A stretch of 64,000 nt of DNA from an uncultured Gemmatimonadales bacterium (GTDB lineage Bacteria > Gemmatimonadota > Gemmatimonadetes > Gemmatimonadales > GWC2-71-9): positions 64,001 to 128,000 of the forward strand of contig CAWCFX010000001.1 of assembly GCA_963795085.1 (NCBI GenBank), in the 5' to 3' direction. The position numbers and the translations under genes are program-made. Below the pieces are notes generated by a model. The model searched no databases and was not told where the DNA came from. It worked only from the letters and a program-made list of their open reading frames with translations. Shown in pieces: positions 1 through 11,708 of the stretch; position 1 is the stretch's first letter; each line of letters opens with the position of its first letter.

Positions 1-747
1 CGGGGGCGAATGACCGATGGCCGCGAGTACGGCCCGGACCGATTCGGGCATCCGGGTGACCGCGTGGCGAAAGACCTCCCGTCCGTCCATCTGCAGGAAA
101 TACCGTCCTTCCTTCAGGTGCTCCTGCGATACCCGTGGGTGATACATCGAACCGGGGCCGTCCACCCAGAGCAACTCGGCCTGGTCTCCGTCGCTGTGCA
201 GGTCGAAGGCGAGGATGCCGCGCTCCAGGTCGGCGCTGGGGCCCAGCACCGCGGCACCGGCTCCGTCGGCAAAGATGACCGCGGTGTTGCGCCCCCGGGT
301 ACTCACATCCATGCCGGTGGACTGGACTTCGGCGCCGATCACCAGGACGTGGCGGTACTGTCCGCTCCGGATCCACCCGTCCGCCACCGACAGCCCGTAG
401 ACGAAACCGCTGCACTGGGTCCGGATGTCCAGCGCGGGGATGGGACCGGCGCCCAGGGCGCGCTGCACGTACACGCCTCCGCCGGGAATGAAGTGGTCGG
501 GGGTGCTGGTGGCATAGATGAGGGCGTCGATATCACCCGGATCGAGCCCGGCGGCCGCGACGGCCTTGCGGGACGCGGCGAGCGCCAGGCTCACCCCGGT
601 TTCCCCCTCCCGGACCCAGCGCCTCTCCTGGATGCCGGTTCGGGTGCGGATCCACTCGTCGGAGGTGTCCATCACCCGCGCCAGCTCATCATTGGTCACC
701 ACCCGGTCGGGCACCTGGAAACCGGTGCCGAGAATCATGCTGCGCAT
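1..747 (-). CDS. fabH: 3-oxoacyl-ACP synthase III (FabH family), 3' end runs off the window
   Basis: Not in the ORF track. Manual minus-strand translation from ATG 747: MRSMILGTGFQVPDRVVTNDELARVMDTSDEWIRTRTGIQERR...LDIRTQCSGFVYGL...FADGAGA...MDGREVFRHAV (catalytic Cys motif and FabH signatures). Confidence 0.93.
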   Translation of the reverse strand, partial: MRSMILGTGFQVPDRVVTNDELARVMDTSDEWIRTRTGIQERRWVREGETGVSLALAASRKAVAAAGLDPGDIDALIYATSTPDHFIPGGGVYVQRALGAGPIPALDIRTQCSGFVYGLSVADGWIRSGQYRHVLVIGAEVQSTGMDVSTRGRNTAVIFADGAGAAVLGPSADLERGILAFDLHSDGDQAELLWVDGPGSMYHPRVSQEHLKEGRYFLQMDGREVFRHAVTRMPESVRAVLAAIGHSPP

Positions 748-794
748 GGAGGATCTGCCGTTTGAAGAATCATGATGTCCCCCCACGGAAGTGA

Positions 795-2033
795 TCAGGC
801 GGCACGATGGGCGCGGACCAGCCCCGCGATCCAGATCCAGGCCGTCCAACTTACCATCTGCAACAGCCCCAGGCCGCGCCAGCTTTCCCAGATGACGGCG
901 GCGGGGGTGAGAATCCAGGGCCACCACGAATCCACCCGGAGATGATGCCGCTCGGCAATCTGCACGGCATGGGTGCCGCCGCTCGCGAGGGCCTGCAGGA
1001 GGTCGTCGCAGGCGGCGGGCTGGTCAGCACGCCAGCCCGGCACCAGGACCAGGTTCCAGGCCGGGACCGTCGCTCCCCACCCGTGGCTGTCGGTCACGGC
1101 AAGCAGCAGCAGGTTGTAGCGCCGGGCCAAGGCGACGACCTCGGCGCGCCGCCGAGCCGAGAAGTCGGCGGCCCGGGGCGAGGCATTGACGATCTCGAAC
1201 CCGGCCACACCCGCCTGGACAAACGCATCGAGGTTGGCCCAGTGGTTCCGGTCGTACTCGGGAAGGGAAGCGATCGCCAGCCCGCCATACCGGCTCCGCG
1301 CCTCAGCGAGAAATGTCAGCACCCCGGCGAGGGAATCGGGGTACTGTTTCCGGTCCACCTCGCCGGTCGCGCCCAGCAGGACGATATGGGCCCGCCAGGT
1401 GCTCACCTCGATGCCGGGGCAGAGGCGGGTGCTGCCCGGTCGCGCCCACGCCCCGGGAAACCCGGCGACAGTATTGTGGTCGGTAATGAACGCGACATCG
1501 AACCCCGCCCGGTGATGCCACCGGCGGCTGGCCTCCGCGTCAAAGCCCTTCATGAGCGTCGCACGGACATCATGAGAGGCGTTGGTGTGGGCGTGGAAAT
1601 CAGCCGCGGCGAGGCGAGGGGGCAGCCCGGCGAGCGAGACCATGGGCCGGTGCCAGAGCATGCCCGCGGCGACGAAGGCCCCCAGGAGGACGAGCCAGAG
1701 GGCAGCGGCGCCGGCCTCCCGGATGAAGCCGATCGGCGGGCCGGCATCGGGTTCCGCCCCGCCCCGGCGATAGGCGGCGAGGATCCGCCAGGCCAGGAAG
1801 AGCACGGCCAGTCCCGCCAGGAATCCCTGGAGCCGCTCCATGCTCAGCATCGAGACGCCGTCCCACAGGTCGAAGAGTGGAGCGAACACCAGGTGGAGCC
1901 CTGGATAGGCGAGGTGGATGCCTTCCGGCAGAGGGTCGCCCAGCGGATCGGCCAGGGGAGGCGCCCGGAGAACCCGCGCCGCGATCAGGCCGAGCGTGAG
2001 GACGATAGAAACGAGCGGGAGTCGGCGCAGCAA
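795..2033 (-). CDS. Membrane-anchored PHP-domain protein
   Basis: N-terminal hydrophobic segments, PHP motifs DFHAHT, ITDHN, GIEVS, DSHG, C-terminal hydrophobic segment. Confidence 0.8.
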   Translation of the reverse strand: MLRRLPLVSIVLTLGLIAARVLRAPPLADPLGDPLPEGIHLAYPGLHLVFAPLFDLWDGVSMLSMERLQGFLAGLAVLFLAWRILAAYRRGGAEPDAGPPIGFIREAGAAALWLVLLGAFVAAGMLWHRPMVSLAGLPPRLAAADFHAHTNASHDVRATLMKGFDAEASRRWHHRAGFDVAFITDHNTVAGFPGAWARPGSTRLCPGIEVSTWRAHIVLLGATGEVDRKQYPDSLAGVLTFLAEARSRYGGLAIASLPEYDRNHWANLDAFVQAGVAGFEIVNASPRAADFSARRRAEVVALARRYNLLLLAVTDSHGWGATVPAWNLVLVPGWRADQPAACDDLLQALASGGTHAVQIAERHHLRVDSWWPWILTPAAVIWESWRGLGLLQMVSWTAWIWIAGLVRAHRAA

Positions 2034-2058
2034 TCGATCAGGCTCGCTCGGTGAAGGG

Positions 2059-2073
2059 TGCTATACTTGATCC
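2059..2073 (+). promoter_or_regulatory. Extended -10 promoter, probably leaderless
   Basis: TGc-TATACT at 2059-2067, 6 nt before ATG 2074; no Shine-Dalgarno. Confidence 0.55.
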
Positions 2074-2316
2074 ATGACCAACTGGGATTCCGAACTCCCC
2101 GACGAGCCTGAAGATAGCGACCAGCCGACCGACACGGACGCCACGGTGAGCTGTCCCTATTGCGGGGAGACCGTGGAAATGACGCTGGATCCGGGGGGTG
2201 GGACGGTGCAGGACTACGTTGAGGACTGCCAGGTGTGCTGTCAACCTTGGCGGGTGATGGTGACCTACCACCGCGACGGCCACGCGGACGTTGTCGTGGA
2301 GCAGGCCGACGGCTGA
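2074..2316 (+). CDS. CPXCG-motif cysteine-rich protein
   Basis: CPYCGE...YVEDCQVCCQP, 80 aa. Confidence 0.9.
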   Translation: MTNWDSELPDEPEDSDQPTDTDATVSCPYCGETVEMTLDPGGGTVQDYVEDCQVCCQPWRVMVTYHRDGHADVVVEQADG

Positions 2317-2331
2317 GCGCCGGCGCGGGGG

Positions 2332-3066
2332 TCAGACGCCTCCCAGCCATGGGTATCCCATGTTTTCCCAGTAGCCTCCCGGCCGGGCGGCGGTGAATTC
2401 CACCCGGGCCAGGTACTTGGTGAGCTTGTAGCCGAGTTTGACCGGCGAATAGAGGCGGAGCGGAGCCCCCCGTGCAGGGGTGAGCAGCTGATCGTTGAAC
2501 GCGTAGGCCAGGATGGTCTGGGGATGCAGGGCGCTCTTCAGGTCCCACCCGTTGTAGTACTGGCGGCCGCTCCGGTCGTAGTCGAACGAATCGAACTGGG
2601 CGTACCCGGCCCGGTCGGTCGGCTCCACCAGCGCCGCCACCGCCGAGAAGGGCACCCCGGTCCAGGTACCAATCGCGGTCCATCCCTCCACACAATGGTG
2701 TTTGACGGTGTACGTGATTCGGGGCAACTGCCGAATCATCTCGAGCGTCAGCCGGGTCGGCCGTCGCACTTCGCCGGCTACCTCCAGCGCCCATTGGCCG
2801 GGATCGCCGGGGACTGGAGGGTTGGGCCGCTGCACGAAATACGTGGGGAAATCGCGGGTCCGGCGGCTCGTGGGATACTCCCGGGCCAGCCGGCCGGACG
2901 AATGAAAGACGTGCTCTCCCACCCAGTCGTTGACTCGCGAGAAGGCCCGGAGCCGGGGCTCCAGCGCGGAGCCACCGTCCCAGCCGCAGGCCGCCGCCAG
3001 GGATGCCGGACCTGCCACCATTCCGAGTTTGAAGAAATCCCTCCGGTCCATCTTCCGGTCAGTCAT
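2332..3066 (-). CDS. Tat-exported molybdopterin-dependent oxidoreductase (MsrP/YedY-like, sulfite oxidase family)
   Basis: DRRDFFK Tat motif; HHCVEGW Mo-ligand Cys; GAPLRL..PVKLGYK; GGYWE..GY. Confidence 0.9.
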   Translation of the reverse strand: MTDRKMDRRDFFKLGMVAGPASLAAACGWDGGSALEPRLRAFSRVNDWVGEHVFHSSGRLAREYPTSRRTRDFPTYFVQRPNPPVPGDPGQWALEVAGEVRRPTRLTLEMIRQLPRITYTVKHHCVEGWTAIGTWTGVPFSAVAALVEPTDRAGYAQFDSFDYDRSGRQYYNGWDLKSALHPQTILAYAFNDQLLTPARGAPLRLYSPVKLGYKLTKYLARVEFTAARPGGYWENMGYPWLGGV

Positions 3067-3784
3067 GACTGGGAAACCTCCCGCGGTACCGTCCCGTGAT
3101 CATGGCCCGGAGCGAGGCTGGATCGACCACGAAGATCAGCAGCACGTGCAGCAGCGTAAACGCCACGAAGATCCAGACGGTGAGGAAGTGCCAGTACCGG
3201 GTCAGCTCGTAGCCGCCGAAAAGGGCGGTGAGCCACCAGAGTTGCACCGGTTTGTAGATGGCGAACCCGGTCAGCACCGCCAGCGCGCCGACGACAAAGA
3301 TCAACGTGTAGGCCAGTTTCTGGAGTGCGTTGTGCTTTCCCTGCGGCGGGTGGTCCTTCCGCAGCCGGAAGTAGTAGAGCTGCATCTGGAGTGCGGGCCG
3401 GACGTCGCGGGGGCGGAAGGCCAGAGATCGCCACTCTCCGGAGATGACGAGGTAGAGGAGATACGCCAGGCCGGTGAGCACGAAGGGCCAGGCCAGCGCG
3501 AAATGCCAGTTCAGTCCGCCGGCGAGCCATCCGCCCAGCCGGGCCCATTCCGGGGCGGAGGGAGTGCCCTGGATGATCTCCACCGGGTTGGGCGCCCCGT
3601 AGGAGGCGTCCCGGGGGCCGAACCGCTGGTAGGCGTTGTAGATCTGCAGGCCGCTCCCCACCATACCCACGAGGAGGATGGCGTTGGCCCAGTGGGTGAC
3701 CCGCACCAGCCAATGATGCCGCTTGACGGTGGGTCGGGATGTGGAGACTGCAGCCGCAGCGGGCAGCGCTTCGAGTTGGCTCAA
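3059..3784 (-). CDS. Cytochrome b/b6-domain membrane subunit, partner of the Mo-oxidoreductase
   Basis: VRVTHWAN, NWHFALAW, KHNALQKLAY, RYWHF...LHV haem-ligand His pattern; overlaps the downstream gene; TTG start uncertain. Confidence 0.88.
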   Translation of the reverse strand: MSQLEALPAAAAVSTSRPTVKRHHWLVRVTHWANAILLVGMVGSGLQIYNAYQRFGPRDASYGAPNPVEIIQGTPSAPEWARLGGWLAGGLNWHFALAWPFVLTGLAYLLYLVISGEWRSLAFRPRDVRPALQMQLYYFRLRKDHPPQGKHNALQKLAYTLIFVVGALAVLTGFAIYKPVQLWWLTALFGGYELTRYWHFLTVWIFVAFTLLHVLLIFVVDPASLRAMITGRYRGRFPSHD

Positions 3785-3902
3785 CGCACGACCTGGGTCA
3801 GATGGGAATGGGTTACCAGATCATTAAACGCCCGGGGGCCGGATTTGGATCCAGGCGAGGGGGCAAGACCGCCCAGTGCTAACTCCCTTTTGCCGCCCTG
3901 TT

Positions 3903-6206
3903 CTACCGCCTGAACTGATACGCCAGCTTCACGAAGAACCCGTCGTTGACCCGCTCCAAGTCGCCGAAGCCGAGGGTCCGCCTCGAGACCATCGAACTGC
4001 CGTAGCCAAGGAAAGCCACCGTGCCCGGGCTGGGTTCGAACGAGGCCAGCAGGTCGAGGCGGAACCGGTTGTCCTGTTCGGGGCCCACCGGAGCCCCATC
4101 GATGAGAATGGGAAACCCGGTGCGGGGATCGCGGAGCGCGGAGGTGCGCTCCGAGAGATAATCCCCCACGATCCTGAAAAAGAGCGCCCGGGTGGGCTGG
4201 TACTCTACCTTCAGCCGGGGGACGATGGTCCTGGCGAACTCGCTGCCGTCTTCCTCCCGAGTGATCCGGCCGACCTCGGTGCTGAACTCGATTCGGAGCC
4301 CCGCGGTGGGACGCAGCCCGAGGAAGACATCGATTTCCGTCTCGGTGGACGTGCCCCCCTCGTCGAAAATCGCTCCACGGCCGTAGGAGAAGCCGATCCC
4401 GGCGTCGAAGGCCTGGAAGGTCGGGGTTTCGATGTCGATGGAGCCGTTGAAGCCGGAGACGCCCCGGGCCAGCTGGAAGGGCTGCACGCCGCCCGGGCCG
4501 GTGTCGACCTGATACCCGGAAAAGTCGGACGGCTCGAAGTCCACGAAGGCCCGGTTCAGTTCGAGGTCCACCTCCCAGCCTCCCCGGAGCTGGAGATTGC
4601 CGCCCACCTGGTCGTTGCCCTCGATCGCGTCCCCGAACATATCGCCGTAGCGCCAGATCCGGCTGGGCCCGAACGTAATTCGGAGGTTCTCCAGGAAGGC
4701 CCCCCGGTCACCGTACCAGCTGAGCCGGTTGAATGCCCTGGCCGTTGTCACGTCCGTGCGGTTCACAAATCCGGACCGGGTGCGGAAATCTTCGCCGATG
4801 GCGTTGACCTGGTAGTTGAAACCCCAGGCCCGGCCGGTGCGGTCGAACTCAAGTTTCCAGATGGGGGAGGTGCGGAGCTCGCCGCCGCCCCGGCGGTCCC
4901 AGGACCCTCCCAGTTGGGCCTCGAAATAATAGAGCCGGGCGAAGACGTAGCGCACGTCGCCCGCCACCACCCGGTTGAAGTCCGACGACCCGAACACGCT
5001 CCGGTCGGTGACGGTGATCCCGGCGAGCGAGTTGGACCCAAAGTCGCGCCGCAGCCGGGTCACGTTGAACAGCACGTCGTCGTTCTCGCCGTCCCCATCC
5101 TCATCCACCTGGTCGAGCGCCGTGAGATAGGCAACGCCAAAATCGCCGAATTTTCCGGTGACCTTGGTACCCACGATGGGATTGACGATCTGCCGGGTAT
5201 AGACCAGCTGGTTGGCGGTGCTGAACAACTCGATGCCCTCGAGAAAAAATGGCCGCTTCTCCGGGAAGAACAGCGCGAACCGCTGGTTGACTGTTACCTG
5301 GCTGACGTCCGATTCGACCTGGCTGAAGTCGGGGTTGACGGTGGCGTCGAGGGAAATGCTGGTGAGGCCGAGGCGCAGGTTGAGCCCCACCTCGGGGTCG
5401 ATGTCCTCCCGCGCAAAGCGCCCGCTCCCCGGGTCGCGGAACCCGTTGCCCGAGGCCGTCACGAAGGGCTGGGCCTCGACCACCAGGCCGCGCCGCAGGT
5501 CGTGCAGGCCATCTATGGTGCCGGCCTGGAGGAGGAAGCTGGCCCCGGCCCGCCGTACATCGGTCCAGGTGTCGTTATACCCGGTGCGCTGGGTCCTGCG
5601 AAGGAAGTTGATTCCCCACTTCTGCGGCCCATTGCCGGGGTAGCGGAGACTCTTGAAGGGGATCCTGACCTCCACCACGTACCCCGAGTCCGTCACCTGT
5701 CCCCGGCTGTCGTAGAGATAGTCCGGATTCCGGTCCACGCTGCCGCCGAAGATGTTGCCGGCGCTGGTCGCCCCCTCGCTCCGGACCCCGTCCTGCTGGA
5801 TGCCCAGCGGATTCACCCCGAAGAAGAAGGCCCGGCGCCGGTCGTTGAAGGTGTCCAGGTAGATGATGATGTGGTCGTCCGAGTCGATGTTGTCGCGATC
5901 GGCCCGGGTGGCCCGTATGGCGGAGGGCTGCCGGTCGTACGCCAGGATCCCGAAATAAATGGCGTCCGGCGCGTACCACACCCGCACCTCGGTCCGCTCC
6001 TCGGCGGGGCGGCCGTCCACCGGCTCGTACTGGGAGAACCCGGTCAGCCGCGCCGCCTGCCTCCAGGCCGGCTCATCGAGCCGGCCATCTACCACCACGG
6101 CCGGTGCCTCGACCCGGGGGATCGTTACGGTGGGCCGGGTCCGGCCATCATTGGCCGGCATGGTGTCCGGGTTCTGGAGAACCAGCAACAGGGCGAGCGA
6201 CAGCAC
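3903..6206 (-). CDS. CBM9-like / DUF5916 outer-membrane protein
   Basis: Signal peptide, VDGRLDEPAW sugar-binding-like N-domain, NPDFSQVESD and FFPEKRPFFLEG motifs, beta-barrel-like C-terminus. Confidence 0.85.
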   Translation of the reverse strand: MLSLALLLVLQNPDTMPANDGRTRPTVTIPRVEAPAVVVDGRLDEPAWRQAARLTGFSQYEPVDGRPAEERTEVRVWYAPDAIYFGILAYDRQPSAIRATRADRDNIDSDDHIIIYLDTFNDRRRAFFFGVNPLGIQQDGVRSEGATSAGNIFGGSVDRNPDYLYDSRGQVTDSGYVVEVRIPFKSLRYPGNGPQKWGINFLRRTQRTGYNDTWTDVRRAGASFLLQAGTIDGLHDLRRGLVVEAQPFVTASGNGFRDPGSGRFAREDIDPEVGLNLRLGLTSISLDATVNPDFSQVESDVSQVTVNQRFALFFPEKRPFFLEGIELFSTANQLVYTRQIVNPIVGTKVTGKFGDFGVAYLTALDQVDEDGDGENDDVLFNVTRLRRDFGSNSLAGITVTDRSVFGSSDFNRVVAGDVRYVFARLYYFEAQLGGSWDRRGGGELRTSPIWKLEFDRTGRAWGFNYQVNAIGEDFRTRSGFVNRTDVTTARAFNRLSWYGDRGAFLENLRITFGPSRIWRYGDMFGDAIEGNDQVGGNLQLRGGWEVDLELNRAFVDFEPSDFSGYQVDTGPGGVQPFQLARGVSGFNGSIDIETPTFQAFDAGIGFSYGRGAIFDEGGTSTETEIDVFLGLRPTAGLRIEFSTEVGRITREEDGSEFARTIVPRLKVEYQPTRALFFRIVGDYLSERTSALRDPRTGFPILIDGAPVGPEQDNRFRLDLLASFEPSPGTVAFLGYGSSMVSRRTLGFGDLERVNDGFFVKLAYQFRR

Positions 6207-6241
6207 GAAGGGTGCCTTGTAAGGGATGGGGAAATCTAGAT

Positions 6242-6384
6242 AATTGAGGGAATTGAGGGAATTGAGGGAATTGAGGGAATTGAGGGAATGTGGGAATTGA
6301 GGGAATTGTAGAAATGAGCTTCAATTCCACAATTCCCTCAATTCCACAATTCCCTCAATTCCAACATTCCCTCAATCATTTCCC

Positions 6385-6387
<3 letters not shown>
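6242..6387. repeat. Inverted array of 9-bp tandem repeats (AATTGAGGG ... AATTCCCTC/AATTCCAC)
   Basis: Five perfect AATTGAGGG at 6242-6286 plus degenerate copies to about 6318, then reverse-complement copies from about 6321 to 6387. Confidence 0.95.
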
Positions 6388-7601
<1,214 letters not shown>

Positions 7602-7605
<4 letters not shown>

Positions 7606-9119
7606 GGCCGGGCCGCCGTGCTGGGAGTCGTCGCGGTGCCGCCGGTGGTGGTGGTGCTCTGGCGCATGCCTCCCATGCTCCCGCCTCCGGTCACCCGCTC
7701 CATCCGTTCCCGCCATTCTTCCTGGGACGCGACCAGGCTGGCGCTGGGAAGCACCAGTACCGAATCCGACGGCGAAAGGCCCTCGACGATTTCGCTGTAA
7801 TCCATGTCGGTCAGGCCGGTCCGCACGTTGACCGCGAACGGTTTGCCATCGCGCAGGACGAAGACCACGTACCGGCCTCCAAACTGGTAGTCATTGGTCT
7901 GGGTCCGGGACCGGCCGCCGCTCCCGCCCCCGCTCATGCCGGCGAACACCTTGCGGAGCAGGGAACTCTCTTCCGCGCTGACCTGCCCGCCGCCCATCCG
8001 CTTCTTCATGATCTCGGAGACCTGGGCCTCGGTCACCCCCTCGGGGAGCGTGATGCTGCGGCCGTCCGGCAGCCGCATGGTATTGGCAGCGGCCTGCTTC
8101 GCCGTGTCCCCGCCCGCGGTCCGGGCCCCCATCGAGTCCTGCCGGGTGGAGACCTGCGCCAGCTGCTCCTCGACGAGCTTCGGGTCGATCCCCAGGACCA
8201 GGGCCGCAGAACCCATGTCCCGGGTGGTCCGGAGGGCGGCATTGGGGATCGCCATGACCTGGTCCCGGCGCCCGACGTGCACTTCCACCTCGGCGTTCAT
8301 CCCCGGACGGAGCAGGCCCTCCCGGTTCTGGATCCGGATGAGCACCGGGAACATGGTGACGTTCTGCTCGGTCACCGCCTGCGGTTCCACTTTGAGCACG
8401 GTGCCCTCGAAGGGCCGGTTGGGAAAGGCTTCGACCGTCACCGTGGCCCGGAGCCCTGGCTGGATCTTGCCGATGTCGGTCTCGTCCACCAGGGCGCGCA
8501 CCTGGACCAGGCTCAGGTCGGCCATCTTGAGGAGCACGGTCCCCCCGCCGACATCGTTGGTCGGCGACGAAATGACCTGCCCCCGCTCGACGTTCTTCTC
8601 GATGATCACCCCGGAGATGGGAGCCCGCACGTCGGTGTCCTCCAGGCGGATGCGGGCATTCTCAAGCGAGACCACGGCGCGTACCGAGTCGGCGATGGCG
8701 TTGGCGTAGGTGAGCTGGGCCGCCTCGTACTCCGTCTCGGTGATGGACCGGGACTGGTAGAGTTCGTCGCTCCGCCGCTTGGTGGCGCGGGCGTTGGCCA
8801 GGGTGGCCCGGGCCACTTCGAATTCGGCCTGGGTCTGGTCCATGGTGTTGCGAGCCGTGCGCGGATCCACCTTGACCATCAGCTGGCCGCGGGGCACCTG
8901 CTGCCCGGTCTCGACCATGATCTGAAGGATCTCGCCGGAGGCCTTGGACTTGACCTCCACGGTGGTGTCGGGCTGCACGGTGCCCGCCGCCCGGGCGGAG
9001 ACCACGATGTCGCGCTGGACGACCGGCACCGCCTGGTACATGGCGGGCGCCACGACCTCTTCCTTTTTACAGGCGAGGACGGTCAGGAGGGCGAGGCCGG
9101 TCAGGATGTTCAGTCGCAT
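7602..9119 (-). CDS. macA: MacA-type periplasmic adaptor (membrane fusion protein), probable lipoprotein
   Basis: LAC lipobox-like site, VEVKSKASGEI, RAPISGVI, VDETDIG, LRPGMNA; start may be 9119 or 9155. Confidence 0.9.
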
Positions 9120-9156
9120 AATTCCGGAATTCCAGGTTGAAGAAACGTACCGCATG

Positions 9157-9916
9157 CTAGTGCTTGCCCGGCGTCGCGAAGTCGCGGTGCACCCGGCCGT
9201 CGAGGATATGGACCTGGCGGTCGGCGTGCTCGGCGATGTCGTGCTCGTGGGTCACCAGCACGATGGTCTGGCCGCCCCCATGCAGGTTCTCGAACAGCGC
9301 CATGATCTCCTGCCCGGTGGTCGAGTCGAGATTGCCGGTCGGCTCGTCGGCCAGCAGGATGCTGGGGTTGTTAACCAGGGCCCGGGCGATCGCCACCCGC
9401 TGGCGCTGGCCGCCGGAAAGCTCGTTGGGCTTGTGGCCCATCCGGTCCTTGAGGCCGACCCGGGTGAGCGATTCTTCCGCCATTTGCCGCCGCTCCTTGC
9501 CAGCACATACCGGCGTAGACCAGCGGCAGCTCCACGTTGTGCAGCGCCGAAGCCCGGGGCAGCAGGTTGAAGGTCTGGAAGACGAAGCCGATCTCCCGGT
9601 TGCGAATCCTGGCGAGCTGGTTGTCGTTCAACTCGGATACCCGGTAGCCGTTGAGCCAGTACTCGCCCTCGGTCGGCGTATCCAGGCAGCCGATCATGTT
9701 CATCAGCGTGGACTTGCCGGAACCCGAGGGGCCCATGATGGCCACGAACTCGTTCTTCCGGATCACCACGTCCAGCCCGCGGAGGGCCCGGACGATCTCC
9801 TCGCCCATGACGTACTCGCGCTTGAGATTCCGGGTGACGATGACGGCATCCCGGGGGACATCGGCCGGGAGCTGGGCCATCCGTTCGGCGGTCGAGTCCA
9901 TCGTGGCGGGGCTCAT
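9157..9916 (-). pseudogene. MacB/LolD-type ABC ATP-binding protein interrupted by a +1 frameshift at about 9505-9508
   Basis: Walker A GPSGSGKS in ORF 9371..9916; signature LSGGQRQR, Walker B ILLADEPT and H-loop in ORF 9157..9483; removing one base joins them. Confidence 0.85.
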
Positions 9917-11223
9917 AGGGGCCTTCCAATAAGGGCTTCGATCTGGGCTTTGGCGCGAAGGTAGTCGAACCGCGCATTCACGGCGTCCACTTCGGCCTGG
10001 GCCAGGGTTTCCTGCGAGGTCAGCAGCTCGACGATGGTCGCGGCACCCAGCCGGTAACGCTCCTGCTGCACCCGGAGATCCTCCTCCGCCGCGCGGACGC
10101 TGATCTGGGTGATCTCGATCCGCACCCGGGCCGCATCGAGCAGGGCCATCTGGGTCGTCAGCGAGGCCTGGATCTGCCGCCGGGAGTCCTCGGCGTTGGC
10201 TTCGGCCACGAACAGGTTGCTCTGCTGGACGGTGACGTTCCGCTCCCGGGTAAACCGGTTGAAGATAGGCCAGGAGACCTGGAGGTTCACCGACCGGTTC
10301 TGGAACAGGTCGTAATCGTTCCGGTTGCTGCCGTTGTAGTTGTAGTTGGCGCCGAGGCTGACCGTGGGCCAGTAGGAGGAGCGGGACGCGGCCAGGGTGG
10401 CTTCCGCCGCCATCCGGTTGGCCTCGCTGCTCTGCACCCGGGGCGACTGCGATTCGGCCTCGGCCTTGAGCGTGGTGGTATCCACGGCGGTCACCACCCG
10501 GTAGAACGATGAGTCGTCCACCGCCTGGACCCGCCTGTCCACGCCGATCAGCCGGCCGAGGTTGGCTTCCGCCTGGGCCAGCGAGGCCTGGGCGTTCACC
10601 AGCTGCAGCCGGGCGGTGCCCAGGGTCACCAGGGATCGGAGCGAGTCCGAGCGGGTTGCCGATCCGCTGCCCAGCTTGGCGATCGCGATCTTGAGCTGCT
10701 CCTCGGCCCGGCGGACTCCCGCATCGCGGACGCCCATGAGCTGGGCCGCATACAGCGCATTGAGGAACTCCTGCGTGGTATTCAGCTTGGACTGAAAGCG
10801 GGCGTCCACCAGGGTGGCATCGGCCGCCGCGCCCGTGGCCTTGGCGGCGCGGACGTCGGCTCCCCGGCGAAAGCCGGTGAACAGGTCCATGCTGGCCGAG
10901 AGTCCTGCGCTCACGCTGGTGCTGCTGCTGCTGCCGCTGATAATCTGGCCGGTGACCGGGTCGGTGCGCGACTGGCCCTCGGAGAAGCTGTTGCCGGCGC
11001 TGGTCGAGGCGGTCAGGCTGGGAAGAAACTGCCCGTATGCGGCCCGCAACTGGGCGTCCGCATTGCGGACGCTCCCCTCGGCCTGGATGACGGCCGGCTG
11101 GACCCGGTCGGCCAGCCGGATGGCCTCGTCGAGTGTCACCGTCGGCCGGGGCTGCGGCTGCTGGGCGGTGAGCGGCGCCACCGGCGCCAGAACGAGAAAC
11201 GAAAGACCCAATCGAAAACGCAT
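9913..11223 (-). CDS. TolC family outer-membrane efflux protein
   Basis: Signal peptide, two OEP-like repeats ([29 protein letters not shown]), operon context. Confidence 0.9.
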   Translation of the reverse strand: MRFRLGLSFLVLAPVAPLTAQQPQPRPTVTLDEAIRLADRVQPAVIQAEGSVRNADAQLRAAYGQFLPSLTASTSAGNSFSEGQSRTDPVTGQIISGSSSSTSVSAGLSASMDLFTGFRRGADVRAAKATGAAADATLVDARFQSKLNTTQEFLNALYAAQLMGVRDAGVRRAEEQLKIAIAKLGSGSATRSDSLRSLVTLGTARLQLVNAQASLAQAEANLGRLIGVDRRVQAVDDSSFYRVVTAVDTTTLKAEAESQSPRVQSSEANRMAAEATLAASRSSYWPTVSLGANYNYNGSNRNDYDLFQNRSVNLQVSWPIFNRFTRERNVTVQQSNLFVAEANAEDSRRQIQASLTTQMALLDAARVRIEITQISVRAAEEDLRVQQERYRLGAATIVELLTSQETLAQAEVDAVNARFDYLRAKAQIEALIGRPL

Positions 11224-11224
11224 G

Positions 11225-11626
11225 TTACTCCTTCGGCCTGCGGCGGTCGTAGTCCCGGCGCTCTTTTTCGAAGCGCGCGATCATCTCGGTGTATTTGCTC
11301 TGCTGCTCGGGGGTCAGCTGGCGGCGGATGTCATTACTGATGGAGTCCTTGATTGTTTCAAACCGGGACCCCAGGTGACGCCACACGGAGTCCATCTTCG
11401 GCTTGTACCGCTCGAGAATGGCTTCGACACTGTCCCGCTGCTCCCGGGTCAGGTCCAGTTTCCGCGCCATGTACTCGATATGGTCGCCTGAGTCATGGCG
11501 TCCATGGGCATTCCGCCCCCGGTGCCCATCGCCCCGCTCGGCGACCGCCACGGCGGCGCCGCCGGCCAGGGCGCCTACCGCAAAGGTGGCGAGCAGCAGC
11601 AGAGTGGCTTTCCAGGTTGTCTTCAT
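11225..11626 (-). CDS. Periplasmic helical protein with LTxxQ motifs (Spy/CpxP-like)
   Basis: N-terminal hydrophobic helix, His-rich linker, LDLTREQ and QLTPEQQ. Confidence 0.7.
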   Translation of the reverse strand: MKTTWKATLLLLATFAVGALAGGAAVAVAERGDGHRGRNAHGRHDSGDHIEYMARKLDLTREQRDSVEAILERYKPKMDSVWRHLGSRFETIKDSISNDIRRQLTPEQQSKYTEMIARFEKERRDYDRRRPKE

Positions 11627-11642
11627 TCAAACTCCATCGAAA

Positions 11643-11674
11643 GTGGGCCAGGGGGCCAGAGGGCCAGCGGTCCA
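11643..11674. repeat. Four degenerate 8-bp tandem repeats (GNGGGCCA)
   Basis: gtgggcca gggggcca gagggcca gcggtcca. Confidence 0.7.
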
Positions 11675-11708
11675 GGAAGATTCATCGAACTCAGGTGGTG
11701 TCGAACGA

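Noticed and set aside
10..765. 251-aa plus-strand ORF at the window start
   Set aside because: Antisense shadow of fabH, which is clear on the minus strand but absent from the track because its stop lies outside the window.
9490..9520. Programmed ribosomal frameshift in the ABC ATPase
   Set aside because: No slippery sequence or obvious stimulatory structure; error or mutation is simpler.
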